Positions 62,338 through 64,000 of a stretch of DNA of 64,000 bases are shown here, piece after piece (within the stretch, counting starts at the first letter, position 1; every line of letters begins with the position of its first letter). The notes below the pieces were generated by a model that made no database searches, was not told the DNA's origin, and worked only from the letters and a program-made list of their open reading frames with translations. A program made the translations under genes and the position numbers. The stretch is from the human T2T-CHM13v2.0 reference genome, Homo sapiens. Location of the stretch: the NCBI RefSeq assembly GCF_009914755.1, contig NC_060925.1; one strand, given 5' to 3'.

Positions 62338-62723
62338 TGTCTTAGTCCATTTTGTGTCGCTGTAACAGAATACCTGAGACTGAGTCCTTTATAATGAACA
62401 GGAAATGTATTGGCCCATGGTTCTGGATGCTGAGAAACCCAAGATCAAGTGGCTGACATCTGGTGAGAGCCTTCTTGTTGCACTGTCCCATGACAGAGGG
62501 CAAAGAGAGGGAGAGAGGAAAGAAAGAGAGCAAGCACAAGTGTGCAAAGGGGCCAAAGTCATCCTTTTATAAGAACCCACTTTTGAGAAAATACTAATCT
62601 ATTCATGAGGGTGATGCCCCCGGATCCACACACCTCCCACTAAGCCCTGCCTCCCAACCCCACTGCACCGAGGATCGAGTTTCCAAACCCATGAACTTTT
62701 GGGGACACATTTAAGCCATAGCA
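62338..62723 (-). mobile_element. MaLR LTR (MSTC/MSTD-like)
   Basis: tgtcttagtccattttgtgtcgctgtaacagaatacctgagactg...aagccatagca; near-TSD gatgt/aatgt. Confidence 0.85.
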
Positions 62724-62964
62724 AATGTACCAAAGAAAATGCCAGAGCATACAGAGCAAGTAGTGGATTGTGATGGTAGGGAGTCAGAAAATACTTCCTG
62801 AGGTTAGTGACATTTGGGATTGCCTTCTAAGGATGTGGAGATGTTGGGGAGAGCATTCTAGACAGGAGACAGCATAAGCCAAGGTGCAGAGGCAGGAGTG
62901 GCCATGGTGTCCTTCTCAGATGCTTGGAAAGATGCTTTGAGGTGGCAGAGGAAGGGTGAAGTTT

Positions 62965-63205
62965 GCATTGTGGTTCAGGGTGTGGGCTCTAGATTCTGGG
63001 GACCAACTCTGGCTCCAACACTTGCTAACTGCATGACTTTGCTTTGAGCAAATTCCCTACCTTTCAGTACCTCCATTATCTCCTCTATAAAATGGACAGT
63101 ACCAGTATCAACCCCGTGGGTTATGGTGAGGATTAATTAATCCACGGAAACCTCTTAGAATGATGCCTGGCACATCGTTAAGTGTCTAATAAATAAAAGC
63201 TATTT
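62965..63205 (+). mobile_element. MIR
   Basis: gtgggctctaga...ctcctctataaaatgg...gcctggcacatcgttaagtg. Confidence 0.7.
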
Positions 63206-64000
63206 ATAATGGTGATTTCCTGGTACCTGGAAGGCATGGGAAAACTGGTGCAAGTGCGAGGGAAAAGACTAAGAAAAGGAGTTCAAAGGTTCCCAAATTA
63301 AATTTCATCTATTTTCAAATGTGCCAATAGCAGAACACAGGTAATGGTAAAGAGTGAAGTTTAAGAAACACACAAACTACAAAAAATTTATGGGCTGAGG
63401 GGCTCCAAAGTGAGGAATTAAGGTGAGTGGCCAAAAAGTGGCTTCTCGAGGAGGTGGCAGGCCTGTGGCTAGTTAGCTGCAGTGATCCCAGTGAGCCTCC
63501 ATGACAGGGATGAGCGGGTGGGCTTTGTTTTCTCCCTGAGCCTACCCTGTAGGCTGTTCTGGCCACTGACTTTCTAGGAGAGACTGTCGGGCACAGGACT
63601 GAGGGAGAGATAACAGGTCAGTGCAGATCTAGTCCAACAACTTGAAAATACTATGAAGCTAGTGTCTTATTTTCTTATATGAAGGGCAGCATATTTAGAG
63701 TTTCAGAAGGAGGAGAGGTGTGACTTGGTGTTGAGGAAGATGCCAGGCCAGGAAGGCAACATATGTAAGAAAGCTTCAGAAACTCGGATGAGCTAACTGG
63801 TAGGTCCTACAAGGACCATGGAACAAGACAGTCTCTTGTTAAGCACATGCACTGCTTAATTTTCAGAGACAACAGGAGATCTAAAGAGCTACCATGGCTT
63901 AGGTCCTACATAGTTTGCAGGGTTACAGGGAAGAAGACTGACTCCTAGAAGTGAGTATGACTCCTGACTTCATTTGGACTATGGCCATTCCTCCCGAGTT

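Noticed and set aside
53175-64000. Terminal VASH2 coding exon and 3' UTR
   Set aside because: No matching exon seen in the window; it most likely lies beyond base 64000.

Overview
Primate (human-like) genomic DNA, dense in Alu, L1, L2, MIR, MaLR/ERVL LTRs and hAT MITEs. Bases 1 to ~29,400 are intergenic and mostly repeats, including a decayed ERVL-type provirus with both LTRs and two nested Russian-doll insertions. From ~29,450 a CpG-island promoter (two CCAAT boxes, a GC box) drives VASH2 (vasohibin-2, tubulin tyrosine carboxypeptidase) on the + strand. I reconstructed a non-coding exon 1 and coding exons 2-7 (995 nt, residues 1-332, with catalytic Cys158, His193 and Ser210). The last exon is not in the window. 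The main structural feature is two U12-type (minor spliceosome) GT-AG introns that bracket the 132-nt exon 4+5 cassette carrying the catalytic cysteine. Other points of interest are a layered 5' UTR (stacked uORFs, internal strong donors, CAG and CCG repeats) and three separate short direct duplications, each spaced 1.6-1.9 kb, inside the introns. Most ORFs in the supplied track are repeat- or GC-derived noise. I found no CRISPR array, RNA gene or new protein-coding gene. Repeat subfamily names come from recalled consensus sequences and their boundaries are approximate.
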